Assembly: GCA_010093995.1 (NCBI GenBank)
Contig: ML992501.1
Coordinates: 2,359,320 to 2,423,319 of the forward strand
DNA: 64,000 bases
DNA from: Elsinoe ampelina
Taxonomy: Eukaryota
Direction: 5' to 3'
Shown: positions 49,726-60,748 of the stretch, in pieces
How the letters are laid out: each line of letters begins with the position of its first letter
Numbering within the stretch: the first letter of the stretch is position 1
Position numbers and translations under genes: made by a program
The notes under the pieces: generated by a model
What the model saw: the letters and a program-made list of their open reading frames with translations, nothing else
The model's database searches: none
Told to the model about the DNA's origin: nothing

Positions 49726-51743
49726 GTGTTAGTAGTGCTAAGTAAGTGTTATAGTTGTTTATAGCTAATCTTCGGGACGTGCTATCGGTAGTAGATAAGA
49801 AGTATATAGAGCTCTCTTCTTCTATTATTCTAGCGTCGAGATTAGCACGCTTCTACTAATAAAGTAACTTCTTTAATAAGCTATTATTATTAGCTTACAT
49901 TGTCGCTGCCTTAAGGCTCCTTACTAGTTATTTATCTCTAGCTCTTACTTCTCTTTATAGTAGTAGCTAGGTCGCTACTAGCCTTAGGTCCTTAATGTCT
50001 ATATAGTTCTCCTATACCTTAATCTTCTTTCCTGTCTAGTATGTTATAGACTATGCCCTATAGTTAGCCGAGACTTCTATTAGTATATTTCTTCTCCTTG
50101 CTATAGTTACCTTATCTAGTGCCTATATCTTTTATACTCTACTTATATATAATTTTATAGAGATCCTTAGAATAGCTACCTTTACTAGTTTTAGTCTTAT
50201 AGTAAGGTCTAGCTCTAAATTGCCTAATTCGTCGATTGTTATTACTATTAGTTCTATTTCTACACTAGTTAATAGCGTAGTTAGTATAGAAGAGAGAGAA
50301 GAGTAATTTAAGAGAGAGATATATATTAGCTAAAAGGGAAGAGAGTTAGCTTTCTACTATAATATATATGCTACCTCTTTCTATCTATATAGGTAGCTTA
50401 AGTACTAGGTAATATATTTGCCCTTATAGGAGAAGCACTTAACTTAGCTCTCCTTTAGGTAAGAGAGACCTTTACTATATACTTCTCTATAGATACTATA
50501 AAGCTAAAGTTCTTCTATATAGAATGTACTAATATAGTTATAATTCTAGCATTAGAAGTACTATTAGAGCCTATAGTTATAATTATATTAAACTATTAGG
50601 AGGTACTCTCTCTTCTACTTTAATTACTATTAAATAAGTATATTAGCTATCTCTAGGAATTTACATTTAATAACAATTAAGCTCTATTTCTAGCTCTTCT
50701 TTAGCTACTTAAGCTAGCCTATAAATATAACTCTTAGGCTAGGGACATTTATAGTATTTATATTAGTAATTTCTCTTTTTATTTATAGCTATAGATAGAA
50801 ATAACTATCTACGACAAAGAAACTATAGAATACTACTCTAAAGGTGTTAATATATACTCTTACGCCTTTCTCTACTATAGCTATTTATCTTATATCTTTT
50901 TTAGTATAGTTCTTCTCCTCTACTATTTCTATAATAACTTTAATATTACTTAATCTAAGCTATTAAGTAGCTACGACATATAGTAGTTTCTAATCTTTAT
51001 TAGTTCTAATTGTCTAATTAATAGCGCCTTAGAGTATTATTCTCTATTCCTATACTATATGTCTTATAGCCTAGGTAGGCGTAGTTAGCTTTAGTATTTT
51101 AACTATTAGGTACCTTTCTATAGAGTATAATATTTCTATCCTTTAACTAGATAGCGTAATATAGAAGCTTAGTAGAGTAGTAGTAGAGAATATGTTTGTT
51201 TTAGTAACTTTAGCCTATGTCTGCCTGTTTTATTTCTTAATAGCCTTATAGTAGATAGTACTACTACTACTATCTTAGAATATTATATCCTTATTATAGT
51301 ATATACTTTTAACTATAGTAGCGACTTTCTTTACCTTAGTACTAGTTTTCTAGGACGTAACAACGAGCTAGTTAAGCTTTGTATTTATAGCCTAGAGGTT
51401 AGGCCTAGCTATTACTTTATTTAAAAGGTTATTAATGTTATTTAAGAAGCCTATAAGCTTTAATAGTAGCATTAACTTCTTATAGGACTCTAAAAGGGCT
51501 ATTACTAATACAATTACAGTCCTGATAATAATTATATGCTTATGTATAGAAGGTGTAGAATCTATTAATTTCGGCTAAGCTAGACCTGCTAACAGCGGCG
51601 ATAACAGCGCTATAATCAATCTAGTATCAAAAGATGTAGATGATCAAGGCGTGTCAATTGCCGATAAAATGACGCGTGTAGCGATGATATTCGTTAAGTT
51701 ATTCCAAGAATAAGATCTGAGCAAAAAGTGGTGTTTTTTTTTC

Positions 51744-51757
51744 GGTTGTTGGTAGGA
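51744..51757 (+). repeat. LINE target-site duplication, right copy
   Basis: GGTTGTTGGTAGGA, identical to 43891-43904. Confidence 0.92.
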
Positions 51758-52721
51758 GTATCGGGGTTTGCAGAAGCTGCGGTCGAAGCGGTCGCTGTGA
51801 CCGTTCTGTATCTATTTTTGCCTATTAAGTGTGATACCCGGGTCGCCAGGCTTAATTACCTCTTCATGCCTATCAAACATGGTGCTACTGTTTGCAAATC
51901 CGGAACGTGATACGTGTCACCATGAGACACCGAAATATCAAAATAGCATCTGTTACCAAGTTATCGCATGCCGCTGCATGCCTCATTCGAGGGCATGCAA
52001 CAGAATCCACACGGCAGCATCTTCCTTGAGAAGGTCTAAAAACGTCCGTCACGGGCATCTGGCCATCACCTAGAAGTGACCACCTAATACAAGGAAAGCC
52101 GAGGTTAGGGTACAATCCGGATGATTCACGAATCATCTTGACGGAGACCGCCACGTGACGGACGTTATATTCAAGCATCTGCCATGCATAGATTGGGAGG
52201 GTCTATACTCCCGAGCTCTTTCGCTATACAGCAGCGTGCCTCGATCAAAACCAAGAAGGTCAAGTATCTCCTGAACAAGGTATGAACGCACGTACGGAAA
52301 GACAGTTGTCAAGTCAACTTTGAGGACAAGAACGTCTCATAATGTTGTGGTAGGATAGGTTCGATGGTCTCCCTTCATCATGTGAGGGCTTGCAACACAG
52401 GACAGAGCGGCCGGACTGCTATTTACGGTCACACTGGTGGCATTTGATAAAGCTACGATAGCACAACTTTGACCATCTTGCCCTTGTACATGACCTTCTA
52501 GAGTGTCAGAGATGATAGGGTATATTGTGACCGATCAAGTATAGAAGAGGCCAGAATTCTGTCTAGGAGCAGACAGCTAGTCAACGGCCATCATCCTTCT
52601 CTTCAGACTTCCTTCAAGCCATCTTGCCCCCTTCAGCAGTACCATCGATTCCGATAATCACCAGCCAGCCCAGCAGACTTCAACCTTCTGGCGACCCTGC
52701 AGCTCCACATCTCACAACAAA

Positions 52722-53366
52722 ATGAAGTCCTTCGCAATCCTTCTCGCCGGTCTTCTACAGTCCGCGACCGCTTTCAAGGTCCACATCGTCTCGGACCCTA
52801 ACTTGGTCACGGTCGGAGACGCAAACATCTTCAAAATGACCTGGGAGAAAGTCTATGCTCTGCCCGGTAACGAGCAAGCCGTGAGCTACACTCTCCCCGA
52901 ACATGCTCGCGTCGGCAATTGTAGAGAGATCAAAAGCACAGTGGACTCTACCGTCACTGTCGAAGTGGATTCCCTCTGGGGCATCTCCAAGGACATTCCT
53001 ATCCATGAGACCCGCGAAGCAATCATGCAATCCTTCCAGCGCTACATCGAGGGCTTCGCGGAAAAGGAGAATTACAAAATGTTCGACCACTGCCTGGCTT
53101 GCCCGACGCCCCAGGATGGCCACTTCTGCCGTGCCTGGCACTGGGGAACCAAGCTCCCCGCCAGCGTAAAGGTTCTCATCGCAGACCACGCTGGTCATCC
53201 TACAGGTGATTATCTGCACGTCAGGTTCTCTTCGACCCGGCACGACAAGCCCGGTGGAGGTTGCGGTGTTGCCGGGGCCGTCGCCTCCGGACTTGCGGGC
53301 TTGCTGCCTGGTGCTGCGGCGCTTTTCAGCGTTGGTATTGACATTGCTTGTGAGGCGGTCGAATAA
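52722..53366 (+). CDS. Small secreted protein, effector candidate
   Basis: 214 aa, signal peptide MKSFAILLAGLLQSATA, six Cys, coding-like codon usage, good start context (acaaaATG). Confidence 0.8.
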   Translation: MKSFAILLAGLLQSATAFKVHIVSDPNLVTVGDANIFKMTWEKVYALPGNEQAVSYTLPEHARVGNCREIKSTVDSTVTVEVDSLWGISKDIPIHETREAIMQSFQRYIEGFAEKENYKMFDHCLACPTPQDGHFCRAWHWGTKLPASVKVLIADHAGHPTGDYLHVRFSSTRHDKPGGGCGVAGAVASGLAGLLPGAAALFSVGIDIACEAVE

Positions 53367-53746
53367 AATTAAGATGCGAATCTGGAGAAGAAAGAGCAGG
53401 GTCTCTTCTCATGAGAGTTCTACAACGAGTACTCGAGACCACTTACATTGTATGATCGAGCGTTACGGGCGTTAAATGAAGCGATGTTACACGGTCCACT
53501 TGAAAGGAAATTTTGATGTTTGGGACATGTAGTGGATAGTTGGCTTCGTGCTTAAAAATGGTGTGGGATTCCCGAACTCAAATGGCGGGGCGCTCTGCTC
53601 CAGCAACCTCGGCTAATCCACCACCTCTTCCCAGACGTCACCCCCCACCGCACACTATCGCCCAATCGTCGCAGCACGAAAACCACCACAGATGTCCCCA
53701 CCCCCTCTCACGCTTCCCTAGAAGCCCCTCCCTCCAAAGAGCAGTA

Positions 53747-54784
53747 ATGCTCGAATTCCGCACCGCCGGCTTCAACGGCTACGCAACCAAATACTCCCCC
53801 TTCTTCGACAACCGGCTCGCCGTCTCGACCGGCGCCAACTTCGGCCTCGTCGGCAACGGCCGCCTCTTCATCCTCTCCCTGACCGCGCGGGGCATCGCGT
53901 GCGAGAAATTCTTCGAGACGCAAGACTGCCTCTTCGACACTGCCTGGAGCGAGGCGCACGAGAACCAACTCCTCACGGCCGGCGGGGACGGGAGCGTGAA
54001 GCTCTTCGACCTAGGGGTGGACCAGTTCCCCGTCGCGCAGTGGAACGAGCACGGGAGGGAGGTGTTCAGTGTGCATTGGAATTTGGTGAGCAAGGATCGG
54101 TTCCTGAGCAGTAGTTGGGATGGGAGTGTCAAGATTTGGTCGCCCGAGAGGAAGGAGAGTCTGTTGAGTCTGCCGGTGCATAGTTGTGTGTATTCGGCGC
54201 AGTTCAGCCCGCATAATCCCGAGGTCATCACGGCGGTCGCGAGGGATAGTCATTTGAGAGTGTATGATTTGAGGACGCCGCCAGGCGCGAGCAATCATTT
54301 GACGTTGGCGGTGCCGATTCATGCGCCGGGCAAGGGGGTGGGGAGGTTTATGCCCGTGCAGACGCAGCCGACCGAGTGTTTGACGCATGATTGGAATAAG
54401 TACAGGGACAGTGTGGTGGCGACGGGGAATGTGGACGGGGTGGTGAGGAGCTTTGATATCAGGGCGCCGGGAGCTGGACCTGCTGCAGTCATGGTGGGCC
54501 ACGAATATGCTGTGAGGAAGCTGAGCTGGAGCCCGCATCTGAGTGATGTGCTCCTCAGTGCCAGCTACGATATGAGCTGTCGGGTGTGGACAGATGGGAG
54601 TGCCATCGGTGTGTCTGGCAAAGCTGGTCCAGAAGATGCGCGAGAACTCGGCAAAATGGATCGACATACAGAATTCGCGACAGGTGTGGACTGGTGTCTC
54701 TTTGGAGCCGAGGGCTGGTGCGCGACTTGTGCATGGGACGAAAGAGTGCTTGTGTGGGATGTGCGTGAGTACATGCGGCGCTGA
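53747..54784 (+). CDS. PEX7: Peroxisomal PTS2 receptor (WD40)
   Basis: MLEFRT.GFNGY..KYSPFFD..NFGLVGNGRL, WD40 repeats, HDWNKY, GHEYAVRK. Confidence 0.95.
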   Translation: MLEFRTAGFNGYATKYSPFFDNRLAVSTGANFGLVGNGRLFILSLTARGIACEKFFETQDCLFDTAWSEAHENQLLTAGGDGSVKLFDLGVDQFPVAQWNEHGREVFSVHWNLVSKDRFLSSSWDGSVKIWSPERKESLLSLPVHSCVYSAQFSPHNPEVITAVARDSHLRVYDLRTPPGASNHLTLAVPIHAPGKGVGRFMPVQTQPTECLTHDWNKYRDSVVATGNVDGVVRSFDIRAPGAGPAAVMVGHEYAVRKLSWSPHLSDVLLSASYDMSCRVWTDGSAIGVSGKAGPEDARELGKMDRHTEFATGVDWCLFGAEGWCATCAWDERVLVWDVREYMRR

Positions 54785-54846
54785 ACCATGTAACATGCAT
54801 ATCTGAGTCGTTCTAAATGGGTATCATATGGGCTAAGGGCTCATTC

Positions 54847-56536
54847 CTACGACGCGCCGACGGGCCTGGCACCCGACAAATTCACCACCTGACCCGGACC
54901 AAACGCTGCCCTAGCGAAGGCTCCACCTGTCTTCATCTCCAGCTTCCATCCCGGCACCTCATCGCTACTACGAGCCGAAATCATCTTCCACATGTTGGGA
55001 AAGCCTGCGGCGACCGCGCCCTTCTGTCTCGCGCCTTGGATCGCTAGCTTCTGTGATCTGTGCGCCAGATATCCATTGACCAGATCCTGGTGTATCAGAC
55101 TGCTCATCCTGGAAATCACCGATGTCATGTCGAACATTTCGATCGAGTCGCCGATAGTAAGATCGATCCCCTCTGCACCCTCGAAGTCCGGGTCGACATA
55201 GGTGTTGCTCGAGTCACCACCGCCAGTCGTCTGAAGCAGATAAGTCTTCTCCTGCCACCGCCACGCCGCGAGCAAGAAATTCAGATCCAGAGTCGGTGCC
55301 TTTCTCTGCTCCGGTGCTCCGGGGTCTCCGCAGAGGATGAAGCACCTCCTGACCATCGATCGCCATACGAAGACCTCGCACCTATTCTTGATAGCCAGAT
55401 TGATCCTGTATCGAGAGTAGAAAGCGTAGTGCGGGCTGTCAGGATCCAATAATCTCCTGAATCCCACAAGATCGCCCTTCCTTATAGCCTGGCAAAGCGG
55501 CTCGTATCTCTCCCGTAGTCCAGGGCACCTATCCAAGACCGCCAACTTCGGGAACCTGCCCAGAACCAAGTTCGAAGCCACAAGGTATATCCCAATCAAC
55601 CTCATTTGCTTATCACACCTCGAATGGCACTCATCCCAAGCACCCTGCAACGCCTTCTGCGCCCTGTAGTAGTGTCCATTCGCCCAACTCCACCTCCCCA
55701 GATAATACAAATACGTCACCCTCTCCGCCTTCCCAAACGCCTTCAGCGGCGGTGACTGGTTGTAGATATTCTCAAAAATCTGCGCCGCTCCTCGGATCTT
55801 CCTGCACTGGAACAAGATCTTCAAGCACAAGTTTGCAATGGTGTAGATCCCTCTCTTCTTACCCTCGGGCTGGCCGCGGCTGTCGAGGCCGAAATGGCCT
55901 GTGCCCGTGCGGTCATTGAGGCAAGTGACGAATGCGTCGCGGATCGTGTTGGCGGCGCGCTCGGGGAGGGTTTCGCGGGCGCCTTCGTCGGAGGCTGTGG
56001 GGCGGAGGTGGGCGATCAGGTGGGGTTGTTTGTCGAGACCGATCGCGAGACGGGAGAGCATGCGGGAATAGGACACGACGGTCGGGAGGAGGAGGACGCC
56101 GGAGCTGGGGTGCTTGAGTGCAGAGTTGGCTTTCCTAAGGGGTGGGTCAGTCGATGCACCAACTCAAACCGATCAGAGTCAAAACATACTGCAACAGCTC
56201 CGAAAGCAACTCGTACGTAGCCAGCAGGTTCCCGACATCAACGTCGCGCAAAAAGAAAAAATACTGCGCTATAAACTTGTTGAATGCCGTCCATGTCTGA
56301 TCTCCTTCTGCGCCTTTGAGGACCGACTCGAGCTTGCCGAGACACGTGTTCTCGAGTCGTTGCGCTGACGTGCCATCTTGTGAGTTGAAGCTCGAGCGGA
56401 CTTCTGAGCGTAATGTCTCGTAGATTGGCGCATAAGGAGGCTCAATCACGAGGTAGGAGCATAGTTTTTGCGCGTCGCGGTTGGAGAGGATGCCGCTGAT
56501 CTCGGAGAGAAATTGGGTGAGGGTCGGTGTGAGCAT
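54847..56536 (-). CDS. PCI-domain protein, Csn12/Thp1/PCID2 family
   Basis: Two exons (intron about 56137-56188). GKKRGIYTIANLCLKILF, RVTYLYYLGR, LVLGRFP, SLIHQDLVNGY. Confidence 0.85.
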
Positions 56537-56884
56537 GGCGCTTTCATGAGTGATTTGGCTATCTGCGTATCATTTCGTATCCAATGGGGAGGTGTCCAGG
56601 CGATTTACGTGAAAGTTGTGTCGGACGAGACGAATGTTGAAGAAGTCGAGTCCTGAGTTTCGAGGTTCCATCACGAGCGGCTCTGCAGATGTGGGGCGGC
56701 GAACGTATGGTCTGTGCGCACCAGCGTCACATGCATCGACGATGAACACGTTTGGCTCATTGCTTCTTCAGAAGGTGAGGACCGGTATAACCAAGGCCGG
56801 GACTATGAGAGTACATCATGGAGACAGAAATGACATGAACATCCAGACCTAGTATACATGGGTATCATGAACAACAAACGCCCC

Positions 56885-59800
56885 TCATCCTAGATCAACC
56901 CTCCCCAGTCCCCTATCCTTCACAGCCTGGTGAACGCCTTCCTTGAGTCTAGCCAAAACAGCGCCCCACCTGGTCATCATCTCATCGCCTTCCCACTTTC
57001 CCTCTCCTTCAATCTCCACCACGTACGCTAACCACTTTACCACTCGGACTGCCTTGTCAAGATCCCTTTCCTCCTTGATGACTTTCTGCAGGTACTCGAT
57101 AATGGCGGTGACATCTTCTTCGAAAGGCTCGTCGTCCCAGAACTCTCTGACCCAATTCTGTATCATTTCCCGCAGGTCGGTCAGCTCAGTGAGCTTCTGC
57201 TTGGTGAAAGTCGGCTTGGGTTGACGAGGAGGCAGCTTGAATAGACGTTCGACAGCTTCCTGCTTCTCGTTCTTCTGTCGGCCACGCTGAGCACGAGGGC
57301 GTTGATGCATGGAGAGGTCGATTCCTCCGGTCCTCCTCAGACGTTCCTGACGGTGGTTGTCAATCACTTCCTGCCGCAATTCAGGTGGCAGAGCAGCCAA
57401 GAATTCTGCATCCAGCTCTGCCGACTCGGATTCTGCTCCCGAATCCACACCGCTCCCTCTGTCACCATTTCGGGACACGGGTCGAGCGACGAAGTTTGCC
57501 TGTGTCAGGGTTGTCGTGTCTGATCGTGTGGTTCGAGAAGCGAACAGGCCGCCTCGTCCACGGCGGCGGGTGATTGTCGTCTTCGTGGGTGGCAGGGTTC
57601 GGTTCTTGCGTGGTGACTGGGGTAAGACGCTTTGATTCCTGCTGGTAGTCGCACCTGTTTTGTACAACCCCAGGATCTCCGAGCGGACATCTGGAGGAAG
57701 TGCCGCAAGTGTCTCTGCATCCAATTGTGACTCAGTGGGAAGCTCGACGACCGGTGATTCTGTGCGGGTGCGGTCTTGGTCCCTTTCGCCATCAGAGACA
57801 GGATCCTTTGGCGCAGCATTTACTGAAGGAACCTTGGATTGCCGTAGCAACCTACTTCGAATATCCTCAGGGAGTTCGGCCAGAACTGCTGGATCCACCT
57901 GGGTAGGAAGTACAAACTGTGTACCGAAAATGTTGAGTGGCTTCTTGCTGGGACTATCCTCGAGTAATTTCATTGGTATGGCAGATACGTTGATGTTCTT
58001 CGTGCGTTGGGCTTGTGGCGTCTCGATGTCGTCTTGAATCGCTTCGGGGCGCTCCCGTGGCGCGGGTGCGACTGACGCAGGCTTGATAGCATCATTCAGC
58101 TTGAATTGAAGTCGGCGTTGGCTCCCTTGGGCAGATCCGTCAGCCTTGACAGGCTCAAGCTTTTGCATTTGTACACCTATACCACGTAGCTCTCCGGGCG
58201 AGAATCCAAACCCTCGCAGTATTGCCAGTGCCTCTTTGGTGATTACTTTCGCGTCATTGGTCAGAACACCAAGTTGAATGCTCTTGTTGAAAGTGTCGAC
58301 CTTTCCATGCCCGAGATGCTTCGGTGGATCCAGTGGAGCATCGGCAGCCCTGCGCATCAATTTGAGCGTCAGCTGTCTACCCTTGACTCGCTCCTTCTCC
58401 AAGCGCTTTTGCAGTTCTCCACAGAGATTTTCGATGAATTCGTCAACCTGTTCCTGATTCTCAAACCGAACCCCCCAATTGACCTCCGCGGACACACTTT
58501 TTCGGACGACAACGTCGCCAACTTCAACTCGATCAATGCCCCGAGCATAGTCCCAGAGCTTTTCGCCAGTCTTCGGGCCAAGCTTAGTGGTCAATCGCTC
58601 TCTGGTGCATTCCCTGATATCCTTGACGTATTTAATGCCGAGCTCTTCCAACTTCCCACCAAGACTCCAAGCGACACCCGGCAAGCTTTGTACTTCCAGC
58701 GCGCCAATGAAATCAAGCACGTCCTCTGGCTTCAGATGATATTGACCAGCGGGTTTCGCCTTTCGCAGAGCCACTTTCGCTAGTAGGATATTGCCACCGA
58801 TACCAACAGACACATTGCAGCCAGTCTCTTGAAGCACTTTGTCTCGCAGTGATTGTGCAATCTCGTCTGCCTTTGCTTCTTCTCGATGAGCGCCGCCTTC
58901 GTTCCTCCGGACACCATCAGTACCACCGACCTCGATGCATAGCATGCTAATGTCTACCAGAGCTTCATCGATGCTGACAGATTGAACAATACCGCCAGTG
59001 GCAAGAATTGCCTCGTAGAATTTGCGGCTTGCTTCTTCGTAGCCAGGAAAATCGTACGGAAGCACTTCGAGGTCTTTGCAGAGTTCTTGAGCCTTCTTCA
59101 TCCACATGCCATTGCTGACACCAAACTTGCGAGCTGGATAATTGCAACTGGCAATCTCGCTTCCAGAACCGCCTCCGTGTGCAACGACACACGGTCTGTC
59201 CTTGTACTGTGGTACCTTCTTCAATGACACGGCAACAAAGAAACTGTCAAAGTCGACATGCATGATGTATCGTCTCGCACCAGGAGGTCGTTTCTGCCGC
59301 GCTCGTTGCGATGACGACTTGTCTTGAGTCAGTGCCCGAAGCTGTGATTTCAGCTCGGCCTTCCAAGTGGAGAGATGGTGTAGACGAGATTCACGATAGT
59401 ACTGCTCCAGGAAGTCCGGGTGTACTACCGTGGATCTTCGGATTCGAGGATCAGCGAGCAATATGGCGTTATGTTCTTCCGCCGTCAGCTTAGCAGCTTT
59501 GCGAGGTGTGTCATCAGTAGAGCTATTGACCCGCTTCAGAGTCCGCCACACTTCTGGAGAGTGCTCTTCGAGGGGCGCGATCTCCTGTTGTGGCAGTCCG
59601 ACTTGAACATTTTCTTCAGGTCCTGCATGCTTAGGTTGGACGGAGCTCGACCTCGGCAGAGTCTGCAGCGACGATTCCCCTGCAGACGGTGGATCTGACG
59701 GACGTTCGGGAACAGCGTCCTCCTCGGCTTGGCGTAAGGCTTCATCTAGACGTTCTAAATCTGCTTGGTCAAAGCTTGATCCTTCAGCTGGCGTCAGAGT

Positions 59801-60436
59801 CTGCTGTGGCTGGGTATCTAGAAGATCCTTTGAGACTGGCGATGAAGATTGCTGCTGCTTTTGAATCTGCGAGGTGTACCAGCTGGCTTCAGTCTGATCC
59901 CGATAACCTTTGGTCTTTGCATTCACTTGTGAAATGACCTGACCATTTTGAAATCCGAGGACTTTTTGACCGACACCCTCGTCGACAACACGATAGTCAT
60001 TCCAAGGTAGAAGCCTGCCAGAACTGATGCTGTCCACGATCCAGGCTGGCTTGACAATGCGATACCTCTTGAACTCCACGACCTTCTTTGGCGTCAGGCT
60101 AGAAGCAATGATATGCGTCACCATCGTTTTGCCATCTAGATACTGGATGAAACCTCCACCGTTACTCACTATCATCTCATGGATATCATTTAGTGATGGC
60201 TGCGTATATCCATTCACATGAGCCACTATGCCTCTGAATATCTGAGGCTTGTCTGCAGAACGCGCTCGTATATCGGCATCCAGATTCTGCAGTTTGATTT
60301 TCTTCCTCCTAAAGTAGTCCGAGAACCCTCCGAAAGCTGATTCCTTGTATTCTTCGCCATCCTGGTTACCGTCGAAGGTGTGATTTTCGATACGTTTCCG
60401 CACCTCTGTCGACTTCTTGTCCAGCCGAGAACCCAT
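56885..60436 (-). CDS. REV1: Translesion deoxycytidyl transferase Rev1
   Basis: N-terminal BRCT, SRLHHLS, HVDFDSFF, SIDEAL, UBM repeats (LAELPEDIR) and Rev1 C-terminal domain. Confidence 0.97.
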   Translation of the reverse strand: MGSRLDKKSTEVRKRIENHTFDGNQDGEEYKESAFGGFSDYFRRKKIKLQNLDADIRARSADKPQIFRGIVAHVNGYTQPSLNDIHEMIVSNGGGFIQYLDGKTMVTHIIASSLTPKKVVEFKRYRIVKPAWIVDSISSGRLLPWNDYRVVDEGVGQKVLGFQNGQVISQVNAKTKGYRDQTEASWYTSQIQKQQQSSSPVSKDLLDTQPQQTLTPAEGSSFDQADLERLDEALRQAEEDAVPERPSDPPSAGESSLQTLPRSSSVQPKHAGPEENVQVGLPQQEIAPLEEHSPEVWRTLKRVNSSTDDTPRKAAKLTAEEHNAILLADPRIRRSTVVHPDFLEQYYRESRLHHLSTWKAELKSQLRALTQDKSSSQRARQKRPPGARRYIMHVDFDSFFVAVSLKKVPQYKDRPCVVAHGGGSGSEIASCNYPARKFGVSNGMWMKKAQELCKDLEVLPYDFPGYEEASRKFYEAILATGGIVQSVSIDEALVDISMLCIEVGGTDGVRRNEGGAHREEAKADEIAQSLRDKVLQETGCNVSVGIGGNILLAKVALRKAKPAGQYHLKPEDVLDFIGALEVQSLPGVAWSLGGKLEELGIKYVKDIRECTRERLTTKLGPKTGEKLWDYARGIDRVEVGDVVVRKSVSAEVNWGVRFENQEQVDEFIENLCGELQKRLEKERVKGRQLTLKLMRRAADAPLDPPKHLGHGKVDTFNKSIQLGVLTNDAKVITKEALAILRGFGFSPGELRGIGVQMQKLEPVKADGSAQGSQRRLQFKLNDAIKPASVAPAPRERPEAIQDDIETPQAQRTKNINVSAIPMKLLEDSPSKKPLNIFGTQFVLPTQVDPAVLAELPEDIRSRLLRQSKVPSVNAAPKDPVSDGERDQDRTRTESPVVELPTESQLDAETLAALPPDVRSEILGLYKTGATTSRNQSVLPQSPRKNRTLPPTKTTITRRRGRGGLFASRTTRSDTTTLTQANFVARPVSRNGDRGSGVDSGAESESAELDAEFLAALPPELRQEVIDNHRQERLRRTGGIDLSMHQRPRAQRGRQKNEKQEAVERLFKLPPRQPKPTFTKQKLTELTDLREMIQNWVREFWDDEPFEEDVTAIIEYLQKVIKEERDLDKAVRVVKWLAYVVEIEGEGKWEGDEMMTRWGAVLARLKEGVHQAVKDRGLGRVDLG

Positions 60437-60748
60437 ATCTGGCTACGAAAGACGCGCACATCATGTTATCCGAGATATTGCACACTTTGTCATGTGTACG
60501 AGGGCAACATGGTTTTGCAGGTGGAAGCGTGCGGCAAACACGTGTGGAGGCTTGAGTTCTTTGACAGGCAACGAGTGACGTCGGATCGGGGATCGGCGTT
60601 AACGAAAAAAGCTTTGACCACTTCAAGATCTGCACTAAAAAAAAGTTGTCAGGTTACCAGGACTACCTTTTTCGCTTGTCCTCGAATATATCCCTCCGAT
60701 TGCCCTCAGAAATTTCTCTCAGTCAATTCTTAGAGAAATAACAGCACA

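Larger units (their letters stand above)
43905..51743 (-). mobile_element. Full-length Tad-like non-LTR retrotransposon (LINE), inactivated by RIP
   Basis: Very AT-rich with TpA excess and CpA/TpG depletion; degenerate EN, RT, RNase H and CCHC motifs on the minus strand; flanked by 14-bp direct repeats; tandem-repeat tail. Confidence 0.93.

Noticed and set aside
43905..51743. AT-rich ORF-free block as a centromere, organellar insertion or alternative genetic code
   Set aside because: Explained by RIP of a single LINE: TpA excess, recoverable RT/EN/RNase H motifs and TSDs.
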